Source of the DNA: a bacterium | GTDB taxonomy: Bacteria > SAR324 > XYD2-FULL-50-16 > G965216635 | Length of the DNA stretch: 64,000 nucleotides | NCBI GenBank assembly: GCA_965216635.1 | Contig: OZ244188.1 | Location: 1,760,001 to 1,824,000, forward strand | Direction: 5' to 3' | Part shown: positions 18,117-27,504 of the stretch, piece after piece | How the letters are laid out: the number at the start of each line of letters is the position of its first letter | How positions within the stretch are numbered: the first letter of the stretch is position 1 | Program-made: the position numbers and the translations under genes | The notes under the pieces: generated by a model | Told to the model about the DNA's origin: nothing | The model's input: the letters and a program-made list of their open reading frames with translations, nothing else | Database searches by the model: none

Positions 18117-19439
18117 ATGGAATCTCAAAAAACTATGAAGTTAAACAAATTAAACCAAAAAAACACTATGGAATCTCAAAAAATTATAAAATCACAAGAA
18201 ATTATGCAAACAAAAAAAATTAGGCAAACAAAAGAAATTGTGAAATCAAACAAAATAACCCTGGCAATTTTAGCTTCGCTTTCGTGCTTGCTTTTACTTT
18301 TTTCGGGAGTAAATAATCTGCAAGCCCAAGAAGCAAGACAGCAAGGTTGGTCTATCGGGGTTAGTCCTTTTTACCTAGGTGCTAAAATCAAAACCACTAC
18401 AGAAAACACCACCCTTACAGAAATAGTAACAACACGCACCAAAACATTGACTTCTACCGGCCCAACATTTAGTACGAGCACCACCGATACTAATGTATCT
18501 TCGGGCGCAACTGCAGGTGCAGAGGCTTTTGTAGACTTCGGAGATTCGCGTCACGGTCCCGATTACGACACGATAGCAATAGACTCTGTAGAGGATATTT
18601 GTAAAGATGGTAGATACGATGGTGCTGGAACCTATCGTTCTCCTCAGTTTGACGTAGCTTCTAATGCTGATGCAACCGCTAGTAATGGGGAGGAAGAAGA
18701 CTGTTTCAACCACTTCCAACTACTCCGAGAGCTTGTAGCCTCTTTTAGTCCATCTATAATAGGAACAGTTGTTGATTCTTCTAGTACATATGTTTCCGTT
18801 AGCAACGAAAATACCAGTTTAGCAGGTAACGGATTGCAACTAGGCTACGACTTTGAAAAGTTTCGTGTTTCTTTTAGCCTGCATCAATGGAGTGCGGGAG
18901 ACGATAAACTGAACAGTCAGATTGTAATAGTAGATTACTTCCTGCCCTACGGGCTCTATGCAGGGGCTGGTTTAGCCCAAGCCAAGCTAGAAACTCCGCT
19001 AGGCTCGGATTCAAAAATAGCCCCCGCTATTCATTTTGGCTATAAGCGGAATTTTAGCAAAAACTTTTCTATAGAAGCGGGACTGCTCTGGTTGGGAGCA
19101 AAGTTCTCTGTAAAACAGACCAATGCAGCACAAGTACCAAGAACCTCAGTAGCACCCATGGCAACGCCAGGCTCTGAAACCGTCTCTGTATTGGTAGGAG
19201 GTTTTATAAGTAGTCCAAATAGTGCTCTTATTGGAATTGGTTTTTTAGATGATAGAAATGATGAAAATGATATTTTTTCTAATGAAGATAGGAGAATACT
19301 AGTAAAAGGAACAACTCCAACCTATGGTCCAGTCCAAACAGACACAGACACCTACAATGAAACTGTGCCTACAAAAACAACAATAGAAGTAGAAGCACCA
19401 GCCTCCCTTTTTATTCGCTTTGTCTATCTCTTCAAGTAG
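18117..19439 (+). CDS. Outer-membrane beta-barrel protein with two large variable loops (paralog 1)
   Basis: Signal peptide ending LQA; amphipathic strands (GLQLGYDF, YAGAGLA, HFGYKRNF); aromatic C-terminal strand FIRFVYLFK; start may be the GTG at 18240. Confidence 0.75.
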   Translation: MESQKTMKLNKLNQKNTMESQKIIKSQEIMQTKKIRQTKEIVKSNKITLAILASLSCLLLLFSGVNNLQAQEARQQGWSIGVSPFYLGAKIKTTTENTTLTEIVTTRTKTLTSTGPTFSTSTTDTNVSSGATAGAEAFVDFGDSRHGPDYDTIAIDSVEDICKDGRYDGAGTYRSPQFDVASNADATASNGEEEDCFNHFQLLRELVASFSPSIIGTVVDSSSTYVSVSNENTSLAGNGLQLGYDFEKFRVSFSLHQWSAGDDKLNSQIVIVDYFLPYGLYAGAGLAQAKLETPLGSDSKIAPAIHFGYKRNFSKNFSIEAGLLWLGAKFSVKQTNAAQVPRTSVAPMATPGSETVSVLVGGFISSPNSALIGIGFLDDRNDENDIFSNEDRRILVKGTTPTYGPVQTDTDTYNETVPTKTTIEVEAPASLFIRFVYLFK

Positions 19440-19452
19440 AAGCAAAACCACT

Positions 19453-20640
19453 ATGGAAACAAAAGAAACTATGAAATCAAACAAAATAACACTGGCAATT
19501 TTAGCTTCGCTTTCGTGCTTGCTTTTACTTTTTGCGGGAGTAAATAATCTGCAAGCCCAAGAAGCAAGACAGCAAGGTTGGTCTATCGGGGTTAGTCCCT
19601 TTTATCTAGGTGCTAAAATCAAAACCACTACAGAAAACACCACTCTTAGAGCAGTAGTAACAACTGGCACCAGAACATTGGATTCTACGAGCGTCACATT
19701 CAGTGCGAGCACCACTGATGCAGTACTAAAGATTATAAATTCAAGTTCCACTGAAGAAAGTGAGGCTGACAGTGAAGAGGCGAAAAAAATTGTAGTGGAT
19801 ATTTGTGAAGATGGCGCCTACAATGGCACTGGAAGTTATTTTGCTCGTCAGTTTGACGCAACTTCTAATGCTGATCCAACCGCTACAGCAACGACAGATG
19901 TAGCTCTCTGTTTCAAGCACTTCCAAAGGCTTGCAAATTCTTTTAGTGATTTAACAGGAACATCTGTAGAGTCTGATCTATCGCGTTCCGTTAGCAGCGA
20001 AAATACCAGTTTAAACGGTAACGGATTGCAACTAGGCTACGACTTTGAAAAGTTTCGTGTTTCTTTGAGCCTACATCAATGGAGTGCGGGAGACGATAAA
20101 CTGAACAGTCAAATTGTACTAGTAGATTGGCACCTGCCCTACGGGCTCTATGCAGGAGCTGGTTTAGCCCAAGCCAAGCTAGAAACAAACGGAGGCTCGG
20201 ATTCAAAAATAGCCCCCGTTGTTCATTTTGGCTATAAGCGGAATTTTAGCAAAAACTTTTCCATAGAAGCGGGACTACTCTGGTTGGGAGCAAAACTCTC
20301 TGTAAAACAGACCAATGCAGCACCAGAGTCAACAAGAACCTCAGTAGCACTACCAACAACGCCAAGTCCAATTACCTCCAGGGTATTGGTAGGAGGTACT
20401 AGATTCTACAATAGTGCAGTCCTTGTTTTTGTAAATAATGAAGATAGCGAACTCGGACAGCCTTCCTCATTTGGCGATAAAGATAGAAGAATACAAGTAG
20501 AAGGAACAGTAACTCCAACTTATGGTGCAGAGCAAACAGAAACAGAAACTTACAACAGACCACCTGTGCCTACAAAAACAACGATAGAAGTAGAAGCACC
20601 AGCCTCCCTTTTTATTCGCTTCGTCTATCTCTTCAAGTAG
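19453..20640 (+). CDS. Outer-membrane beta-barrel protein (paralog 2, tandem duplicate)
   Basis: Near-identical conserved blocks to paralog 1 with divergent loops; ATG at 19453 or 19471; 3' flank agaagcaaaaccac repeated after both copies. Confidence 0.75.
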   Translation: METKETMKSNKITLAILASLSCLLLLFAGVNNLQAQEARQQGWSIGVSPFYLGAKIKTTTENTTLRAVVTTGTRTLDSTSVTFSASTTDAVLKIINSSSTEESEADSEEAKKIVVDICEDGAYNGTGSYFARQFDATSNADPTATATTDVALCFKHFQRLANSFSDLTGTSVESDLSRSVSSENTSLNGNGLQLGYDFEKFRVSLSLHQWSAGDDKLNSQIVLVDWHLPYGLYAGAGLAQAKLETNGGSDSKIAPVVHFGYKRNFSKNFSIEAGLLWLGAKLSVKQTNAAPESTRTSVALPTTPSPITSRVLVGGTRFYNSAVLVFVNNEDSELGQPSSFGDKDRRIQVEGTVTPTYGAEQTETETYNRPPVPTKTTIEVEAPASLFIRFVYLFK

Positions 20641-20877
20641 AAGCAAAACCACCCCTGCCTTGTTGGCTTATTTGTTGGTTTGCCTGTTAATTTTAGGGGC
20701 GCCTTTGAGTAGAAACACTCCTATTAAATTGTTGGGGACATTTTTTTACAGCGCCATCAAACTTTTCATCATACTCCTTATCTACTTTATCCATCGGAGT
20801 ATATCCTTTCTTTTTCATTAGTGCTTTTAGCTGTATAAGGTTCATTTTCTAAATGCCTTTTTTGGCAGTTTTCTTTT

Positions 20878-21477
20878 TCATTGATTAATTAGTTTTTCAA
20901 ATAAATTTACTAAATCGTTTTCTTCTTCTATTTCTGCCATAAATACTGGCAATACTTTTTCTTTTCCTCTTGTTCCAGCAATACTATTTTTGTAAGAAGT
21001 TAAACTCAAATCTAATTTATGTTCGTCTGTTTTCTCTCCATTGATTGTTCTCTGGTGCAAATTTTCCCACTTTATATTTTTTTTATATCCCATAGTGCAA
21101 TAAATTTTATCAGAGGTTATATCTATTAGAATGAGTATATCGTATGTTTTTTGTTTGTATAATTTTTCGTGTTGAAAAGTATTAGCATTGTTACCAATTG
21201 TTGCTGTTTTTACCTCTATTTTATAGCCATTTATTTCAATATCCCAATCTTTATCTAAACTAGTTTGTGATTTTTCATAAATTACATTGTACTCGTGATT
21301 TTTAAAAACATAATTCAATAACATTTCTCCAATTTCTCCAGTATCGTCATTGGACATATTTTTTATTTCTGCATACTTGGAGTTAGGCTTCCAATTATCT
21401 TTTTTTTTTGAATTAGTTTGCTTCTTTATGTTTCTCAATTCTTGAATAATTGATTTTATAGTTTCTCCTATCCTCAT
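20878..21477 (-). CDS. Putative type II restriction endonuclease (PD-(D/E)xK)
   Basis: GEIGE...DWDIEINGYKIEVKTAT; overlaps the MTase stop. Confidence 0.7.
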   Translation of the reverse strand: MRIGETIKSIIQELRNIKKQTNSKKKDNWKPNSKYAEIKNMSNDDTGEIGEMLLNYVFKNHEYNVIYEKSQTSLDKDWDIEINGYKIEVKTATIGNNANTFQHEKLYKQKTYDILILIDITSDKIYCTMGYKKNIKWENLHQRTINGEKTDEHKLDLSLTSYKNSIAGTRGKEKVLPVFMAEIEEENDLVNLFEKLINQ

Positions 21478-22703
21478 AACACCAATTCCCTATCAAAGAA
21501 TCCTTTTTTTATAATAACCTGTTCTATTAAGCTTGTTCTTAAATTAAGTGCTGAATTTGTAGAAGAGAAAGCAGTTTTATTCCAATTATTTTTTTTCAAT
21601 ATTTCTTTTATCTTTTGTTTTTCTTGATAAATCAAAATTCCGTAACCTCTTCTATGCGGTAGTTTTTCAAAACTATCAAAAGTTTGCATTTCTTGAAAAG
21701 TCGTTGATGGCAAATAGATATCGCAATTATGTAACATTTTTTTATTTCTAGTGCTAGATGGAGTTCCACCGTCAGATAAAGAATAAATTCTAATGTAGTC
21801 TTTACAAGTTTTTCTAACAGGAATTTTTATTTTATGTATGTTTATTTTAGTCCATACTTGAAAAATTGTGTTTATATCAATTTCTTTACCATTTGGATAA
21901 TAAAAAGAATTTAATGGTAACTTTTTACTAAAGGCTACTTTATACCCTTTAACCCTTTTCATAGCAGAGCCTTTCCCGTCACTGTCAAAAAGTGGAGGTA
22001 AAATAAAAGCAACTATATCTGCAAAATTATAAGAATGATTGATAAATTTTAAAGCAAGATTTCCTCGCAACCCGAAAGGCGGATTGCCTATAACTATTGA
22101 TTTCTTTTTATAATTTGGTGTCCATTCCAAAAAATCTTTTTTTATTATTTCTTTACTATTGGGCGCTATATCAATTCCAGTTTTGTTGCTGGGCAATATA
22201 TTATAAAAAGCCCCATTACCAGCACTCGGATCTATAAAATGGTAATTATTTATATCAATATTTAATTCTTTTGCTACTTTAAGAAAATTATTAAAGCATT
22301 CTCTAACTACATTTTTTTTTGTATAAAATTGATCTAAGACTCTCTCACCTTGCAATTCCTCTCTTACTCCCAGTATTCTTAATAAGTCTTTTGTGTAGGA
22401 AATCGGGACTTTATTTCTCTGCTTCCATCTAGTAAGAGTTCCTATATGAAGTGATAATTTTTCTGCTATTTCTCTAATAGGATAATCTGATAATATTTGA
22501 TTAAATAAATAATAATTATTCTTTTCAGAATATAAATTCATTGTTTTATTATAAGTTGTTTTGTTTTCTGATAATATTTGATTAAATAAATAATAATTAT
22601 TCTTTTCAGAATATAAATTCATTGTTTTATTATAAGTTGTTTTGTTTTCTGATAATATTTGATTAGATAAATAATAACTACTCTTTTCAGAATATAAATT
22701 CAT
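21474..22703 (-). CDS. Adenine DNA methyltransferase with an N-terminal HTH-like segment
   Basis: DQFYT, IDPSAGNG (motif I), GNPPFG (motif IV); IREIAEKLSLHIGTLTRWK HTH-like segment. Confidence 0.85.
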   Translation of the reverse strand: MNLYSEKSSYYLSNQILSENKTTYNKTMNLYSEKNNYYLFNQILSENKTTYNKTMNLYSEKNNYYLFNQILSDYPIREIAEKLSLHIGTLTRWKQRNKVPISYTKDLLRILGVREELQGERVLDQFYTKKNVVRECFNNFLKVAKELNIDINNYHFIDPSAGNGAFYNILPSNKTGIDIAPNSKEIIKKDFLEWTPNYKKKSIVIGNPPFGLRGNLALKFINHSYNFADIVAFILPPLFDSDGKGSAMKRVKGYKVAFSKKLPLNSFYYPNGKEIDINTIFQVWTKINIHKIKIPVRKTCKDYIRIYSLSDGGTPSSTRNKKMLHNCDIYLPSTTFQEMQTFDSFEKLPHRRGYGILIYQEKQKIKEILKKNNWNKTAFSSTNSALNLRTSLIEQVIIKKGFFDRELVL

Positions 22704-22723
22704 TGTTTTATTATAAGTTGTTT
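22486..22723. repeat. 81-bp tandem repeat (~2.9 copies) spanning the MTase start
   Basis: Units start at 22486, 22567 and 22648; in-frame ATGs at 22541, 22622 and 22703. Confidence 0.95.
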
Positions 22724-23391
22724 CAGCGAAGCAAATGCCCTATCCTTTTTAAATTATAGCCTCCGAAAAGACTTTTCTCTGGGTTGTGCGACCAAAAAAC
22801 TATTCTTCCTTTGCCACGAATCTTTTCTTCATCTACATATCCCCAAAAACGACTGTCTTGAGAGTTCCTGCGGTTATCTCCCATTACAAAGTATTTTCCT
22901 CGAGGCACAGCGATTTCTAAATCTCTGCCTACAAAAAAACTAGTATCTAAATGCTTGTAGGGCTCTTCTAATTTTTTACCGTTGATAAAAACAACTTCTC
23001 CTTGGATAAGAATTCTATCTCCCGGTAGTCCAATAACTCTTTTAATAAAATTTACAGAAGGATCTTGGGGGTAAGGAAAAATAACAATATCTTGCCTTTT
23101 AATGGGAGATTTGAATATTTTTTTGTCTGTGAAAGGAATAATAAAGCCGTAAGAGTGCATATTAGCGAATAAAAAATCTCCCCTTTGAATGGTTTGCAGC
23201 ATAGAGCCTGTAGGCACTTTATAGGGGGCGTAGCCCCAGGTCCTAAAAATACCTACCACAATTAAGGCAAATAAAATAGCGTCTATCCATTCTAGTACTA
23301 TTTGGTTTTTGATTATTTTATCAATTCTTAAGATACGCACAAGGCGAACATTTTTATGGATTGGGGTTGTTTTTTGGTTTATTGGGGGCAT
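22723..23391 (-). CDS. lepB: Signal peptidase I
   Basis: PTGSM, FIKRVIGLPGD, MGDNRRNSQDSRFWG. Confidence 0.97.
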   Translation of the reverse strand: MPPINQKTTPIHKNVRLVRILRIDKIIKNQIVLEWIDAILFALIVVGIFRTWGYAPYKVPTGSMLQTIQRGDFLFANMHSYGFIIPFTDKKIFKSPIKRQDIVIFPYPQDPSVNFIKRVIGLPGDRILIQGEVVFINGKKLEEPYKHLDTSFFVGRDLEIAVPRGKYFVMGDNRRNSQDSRFWGYVDEEKIRGKGRIVFWSHNPEKSLFGGYNLKRIGHLLR

Positions 23392-23421
23392 TTTTATTTT
23401 TTTTAAATTATTATTTTGGTT

Positions 23422-23986
23422 CTAAACAGAACGCAAATTATTAAAATAAGGGATAAACCTTTGAATTTGCCAAATAGAATAAAACTAGCTGTGACGGCTA
23501 GCCAAATGGTTAGAAAAGGTGCGAAAATTTGTGAAACAGCGGAGCATATCGTTTAAGAGAAATGCCAAAAAACTAAGTCTTACCGAAAAAGGAATGTAAA
23601 AAAGCCAGTGGCTTTTTTACAATACTTCTATAAGTGATTTTAAGCAATAAGACTAGTATGTGAGCATTTTTCACAAATTTTCAACGCTGCATAGGCTAAA
23701 CAGAACGCAAATTATTAAAATTCAGGGATAGACCTTTTGAATTTGCCAAATAGAACAAAACTAGCTGTGACGGCTAGGCAAGGCGAAAAAAAATTTTAGC
23801 TCGTAGGAATACTCTCTTATTGCATACGATAAAGTAAAGGATATAGTAAAAGAGCCACTGGCTCTTTTACATTTCCTTTTGGGATTATGCAAGTTTTGTG
23901 GTGTTTTTCACCACGATATTTCAAGAGTTAAAATTTTTTTTCAACGCTGCATAGGCTAAACAGAACGCAAATTATTAAAATAAGGG
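23422..23986. repeat. Tandem pair of palindromic elements with nested inserts
   Basis: Junction ctaaacagaacgcaaattattaaaat at 23422, 23696 and 23956; left ends (t)a(g/a)acctttgaatttgcc at ~23454 and 23729. Confidence 0.9.
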
Positions 23987-25914
23987 GATTTGTAGGAAAA
24001 ACTCAACAAGATCCCAGTCAGAAAAAACAAAAAACTCAAAGGCACAAAGATAACCAGTAAATTAATATAAATTGTCACTGTCGCCGATTCATCTTCGTTA
24101 ACCGAAGCTAAAGAAATATAAAAATCTTCTTTCCAAAAACGAACAATAGCAGCTTCTGTTGTAGCCTCGCTAGAAGTAAGGTAAAAGGCTTTTGCGGGCT
24201 GCATATTTTTGATAAATTCACCATTTTTGAAAAGCTGAAAATTAGCTATGCGAAGTTGTGAATTTTTTTTTGTTTTGATTTCTACTCCAGTATAATGAAT
24301 TTGGTAATTATTGATACTAAATTTTTCTCCTACTTGAAAAGTGCGAGTTTTTTCTTGATTGAAAAAATTTCCTAATACGCCAACAAAAAAAACAATGACT
24401 CCTAAATGGGTTATCATAGCACCCCAGCCACGTCTGTCTCTAAAGATCTCTTTCCAAGCTCTTTTGTTTCGTTGTTGTTTCATTCTTTTACTGCCCGATC
24501 TGTAAATTTTAAACAGCTCTAGCAAAACAGCGTGGGCTGCAAAATAAACAGTTCCAGCTAATAAAACAAACTGGATTTCATTATTCAAAAATAAAGCACA
24601 GACTACCATAAAAACTATAGAAATCCCTGCGGGCAACCAAAGATTTGCTCTAATTCTGGTAATACTTGCTCTATTCCAAGCTAAAAAGGGAGTGAGTCCC
24701 ATAAGAATTAAAAGAACAATAACGAGGGGAAGACTCACTTGGTTAAAGAAAGGAGCTTGGACACTAATTTTTCTACTGGCTAATCCTTCTGCTAATAAAG
24801 GGAAAATAGTGCCGTAAAAAACAGTAAAAGTGATGCCTACTAAAAAAATATTGTTGAGTAGGAAAGCATTTTCCTTACAAAATAGGCTGGTGAGTTTGGT
24901 TTTGTTCTCTAGTAGTGGCAGACGGTAAAAAAGTAAAAAAAAACAAAGTACGAGTGTTAGAGCTATAAATACCAAAAAAGCAGGACCTATATTAGACTGA
25001 GCGAAAGCGTGCACTGAATTAAGCACTCCAGAACGGGTAATAAAAGTGCCTATGATAGTAAGACTAAAGGTGATAATAATCAAAATATAATTCCAAATTT
25101 TTAAAACCTCTCTTTTCTCTTGCACCATAGCAGAGTGCAGAAAAGCCGTTGCTGTGAGCCACGGCAGTAGGGAAGAGTTCTCTACAGGATCCCACGCCCA
25201 ATAACCTCCCCAACCTAGTTCGTAGTACGCCCACTGTCCTCCAAGTATTATGCCTGTAGTCAAAAAAAGCCAAGCAACGAGCGTCCAGCGACGAGCTAGC
25301 TTAATCCAATCGTTGTTGAGTTTTCCAGAAAGTAAAGAAGCCATAGCGAACGCAAAAGGAATGCTTAAACCGATAAATCCAAGATAGAGCATAGGAGGGT
25401 GAACAACCATTGCAACATCTTGCAATACAGGGTTTAATCCTTGACCTTCACTAGGAATAGGAAAATTTCTAGCTAAAGGATTGCTCCAACCTATCAGCAG
25501 AAAAAGCAGAAAAAAAAGAATGAAATTGACAAAAATCATTGCATTTTGTGGAATAATGCTTTCTGTTTTCCAGTTCGTTAAAACCAAAATAAAACCATAC
25601 CCTGAGAGCAACATAGTCCAAAGCAAAAGAGAGCCTTCCATGCCTCCCCACACAGCTGTGATTTTATAAAATAGAGGCAAGTCTGTAGAGGAGTTATTTG
25701 CTGCAAATTGCACCGAAAAATCACTTACCACAAAAGCATAGGTCAAACTGAGGTAGGCAATAAGCACAAAAAAAAACAACAAAATACTAGAATAGAGTGC
25801 AGAGCGAACGAGATTTGCAGAATTTTGATAAATTCCCAGTAATCCTGAAATTTGAGCATAGCCCGCAAGAGCAAAAGCTAAAACCAAACAAAAATAACCA
25901 ATTTCAACAATCAT
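23956..25914 (-). CDS. ccmF: Cytochrome c biogenesis heme lyase CcmF
   Basis: HPPMLYLG, WAYYELGWGGYWAWDPVEN, RSGVLNSVHAF. Confidence 0.97.
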   Translation of the reverse strand: MIVEIGYFCLVLAFALAGYAQISGLLGIYQNSANLVRSALYSSILLFFFVLIAYLSLTYAFVVSDFSVQFAANNSSTDLPLFYKITAVWGGMEGSLLLWTMLLSGYGFILVLTNWKTESIIPQNAMIFVNFILFFLLFLLIGWSNPLARNFPIPSEGQGLNPVLQDVAMVVHPPMLYLGFIGLSIPFAFAMASLLSGKLNNDWIKLARRWTLVAWLFLTTGIILGGQWAYYELGWGGYWAWDPVENSSLLPWLTATAFLHSAMVQEKREVLKIWNYILIIITFSLTIIGTFITRSGVLNSVHAFAQSNIGPAFLVFIALTLVLCFFLLFYRLPLLENKTKLTSLFCKENAFLLNNIFLVGITFTVFYGTIFPLLAEGLASRKISVQAPFFNQVSLPLVIVLLILMGLTPFLAWNRASITRIRANLWLPAGISIVFMVVCALFLNNEIQFVLLAGTVYFAAHAVLLELFKIYRSGSKRMKQQRNKRAWKEIFRDRRGWGAMITHLGVIVFFVGVLGNFFNQEKTRTFQVGEKFSINNYQIHYTGVEIKTKKNSQLRIANFQLFKNGEFIKNMQPAKAFYLTSSEATTEAAIVRFWKEDFYISLASVNEDESATVTIYINLLVIFVPLSFLFFLTGILLSFSYKSPYFNNLRSV

Positions 25915-25916
25915 AA

Positions 25917-26510
25917 TTAGTGTAAGGGAATAGTTTGGTTTTGTTTGGCTTGTTGGTAATTTTGGGATAGAATTTTATAACTCGCATCTAGCCCGACTAC
26001 CTTTCTTTTCCAATCTGGTTTTTTTTCAGAGGCAGATTTTTCTATCATTTGAGTCAAACTATAACTATCCCAATAATCATTACTTTTACAATACTTTCCA
26101 TCAGGACAATCAAATACCTGTTCTAGTATTTTTAAATCGTGAGGAATCTGAAATTTATCGCGTGAATCCTGATAACTAAAAAGGTAATAAAAGTTATCAA
26201 ACCCACTCCATGTGATGGCGGAAAGACATAACGAGCAAGGTTCATGCGTAGAAAAAAAAATACATTCTTTAGCAGATATTCTCTGTTTTTGGGGGATAGC
26301 CCAATAGTTGTTGAGACAGGATATTTCACCGTGCCAGAGAGGATTTTCTGTTTCTTGGTTTGTCCCAGCTATTACCAAATTCAAGTCCGATTTTTTTAAA
26401 ATAGCAGCTCCAAAAATTTTATTGCCTTGTTCTACACTCGTTTTTGTTAGTGGTAAAATATTTTCTTCTAAGACTTCTAGAAGTTTGGGTATTAGGTGTT
26501 CTTCGTTCAT
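25917..26510 (-). CDS. Nucleoside/guanine deaminase-like (CDA superfamily)
   Basis: HGE and EPCSLC zinc motifs, FGAAI. Confidence 0.85.
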   Translation of the reverse strand: MNEEHLIPKLLEVLEENILPLTKTSVEQGNKIFGAAILKKSDLNLVIAGTNQETENPLWHGEISCLNNYWAIPQKQRISAKECIFFSTHEPCSLCLSAITWSGFDNFYYLFSYQDSRDKFQIPHDLKILEQVFDCPDGKYCKSNDYWDSYSLTQMIEKSASEKKPDWKRKVVGLDASYKILSQNYQQAKQNQTIPLH

Positions 26511-26678
26511 TAAAGAGTAATTATTTATAAGGCAGCAGGTTAAGTTCTATTCTCCATCAATCAGAAAGTCCAACCCACAGTAATACACTTAGGAAGCCAA
26601 AAATAGGTATCATAAATAGTATATATTCAATCATAATTTTTTTATTTTATAAAGTTCAAACTACGATAGACCTTTGCA

Positions 26679-27203
26679 TTAGTGTTGTGCCTTAAACTGC
26701 ACTGGTACTGCTGTTTTTCTAACAACCACAGTTCCAGCCAATAGATCGTGCAAACCTTGTTTTTTTCTATCAAAAGCTATCCAAAAAAATCCAATAAAAA
26801 AAATAAGATAAGTTATAAAGTAGACAAAATAGCGTAGGACAAATTGTAGTATGCTTGGTTTTCCCCCAGTCTTTACATTTACAATTTTAGAGCGAATTAT
26901 CATTTTTCCCGGTGTCGCCGAAAAAAAGAACCAAAACAAAATAACCATTAAGAAAGGAATCACCCTAGGTAAAATTTCACCTCTTAAAAAATCCCAGATA
27001 ATAGGGGCTATGCCTTCTAATCCATAAAAACTATATACCAAAAAGACTTCTCCAATATCCAATACAGAGTTTTGGCTAGCCCCATTCAAAAAAGGGAGAT
27101 ATTTTTTTATAAAAGGCGTCAATAGAAACCCAAATAAAAAAATATCTATAAAATTGGCAAAAACTCTGTGCCAAAAACCTACATATTCTAAATTTTCTTT
27201 CAC
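26679..27203 (-). CDS. RDD family membrane protein
   Basis: YVGFWHRVFANFID, TPGK, KKQGLHDLLAGTVVV. Confidence 0.92.
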   Translation of the reverse strand: MKENLEYVGFWHRVFANFIDIFLFGFLLTPFIKKYLPFLNGASQNSVLDIGEVFLVYSFYGLEGIAPIIWDFLRGEILPRVIPFLMVILFWFFFSATPGKMIIRSKIVNVKTGGKPSILQFVLRYFVYFITYLIFFIGFFWIAFDRKKQGLHDLLAGTVVVRKTAVPVQFKAQH

Positions 27204-27268
27204 CTTAAATATATTTGTAGAAACAAAAAAGTTGCTGGATATGCTTTTTCAGTTTATATTTACTTTGA

Positions 27269-27462
27269 TAGACCTTTGAATTTGCATTATGCTTACCCCC
27301 ACTATTGGGCTAGCCAAATGGTCTGCAAAAGTGCAAAAAAATTTTTAGCTCGCTAGAAATACCGTAGTGCCACAATAATGAGATCAAGGACACTTGCTAA
27401 GCCTGTATTGGCGTAAAAGCAATAAGCTTGTAGGCTAAACAGAATGCAAATTCAAAAGTCTA
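27269..27462. mobile_element. Complete 194-bp MITE-like element
   Basis: 20-bp terminal inverted repeats tagacctttgaatttgcatt/aatgcaaattcaaaagtcta (19/20 match), TA at both ends, no ORF. Confidence 0.8.
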
Positions 27463-27504
27463 TTTTAGTTTTAGGTATTTCATCCATATTGTCAATAGGA
27501 AAAA

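Noticed and set aside
18117..20640. Diversity-generating retroelement TR/VR pair
   Set aside because: Differences include indels and all bases rather than being adenine-specific; no reverse transcriptase in the window
22486..22723. CRISPR array
   Set aside because: Plain 81-bp tandem repeat in coding frame, without spacers
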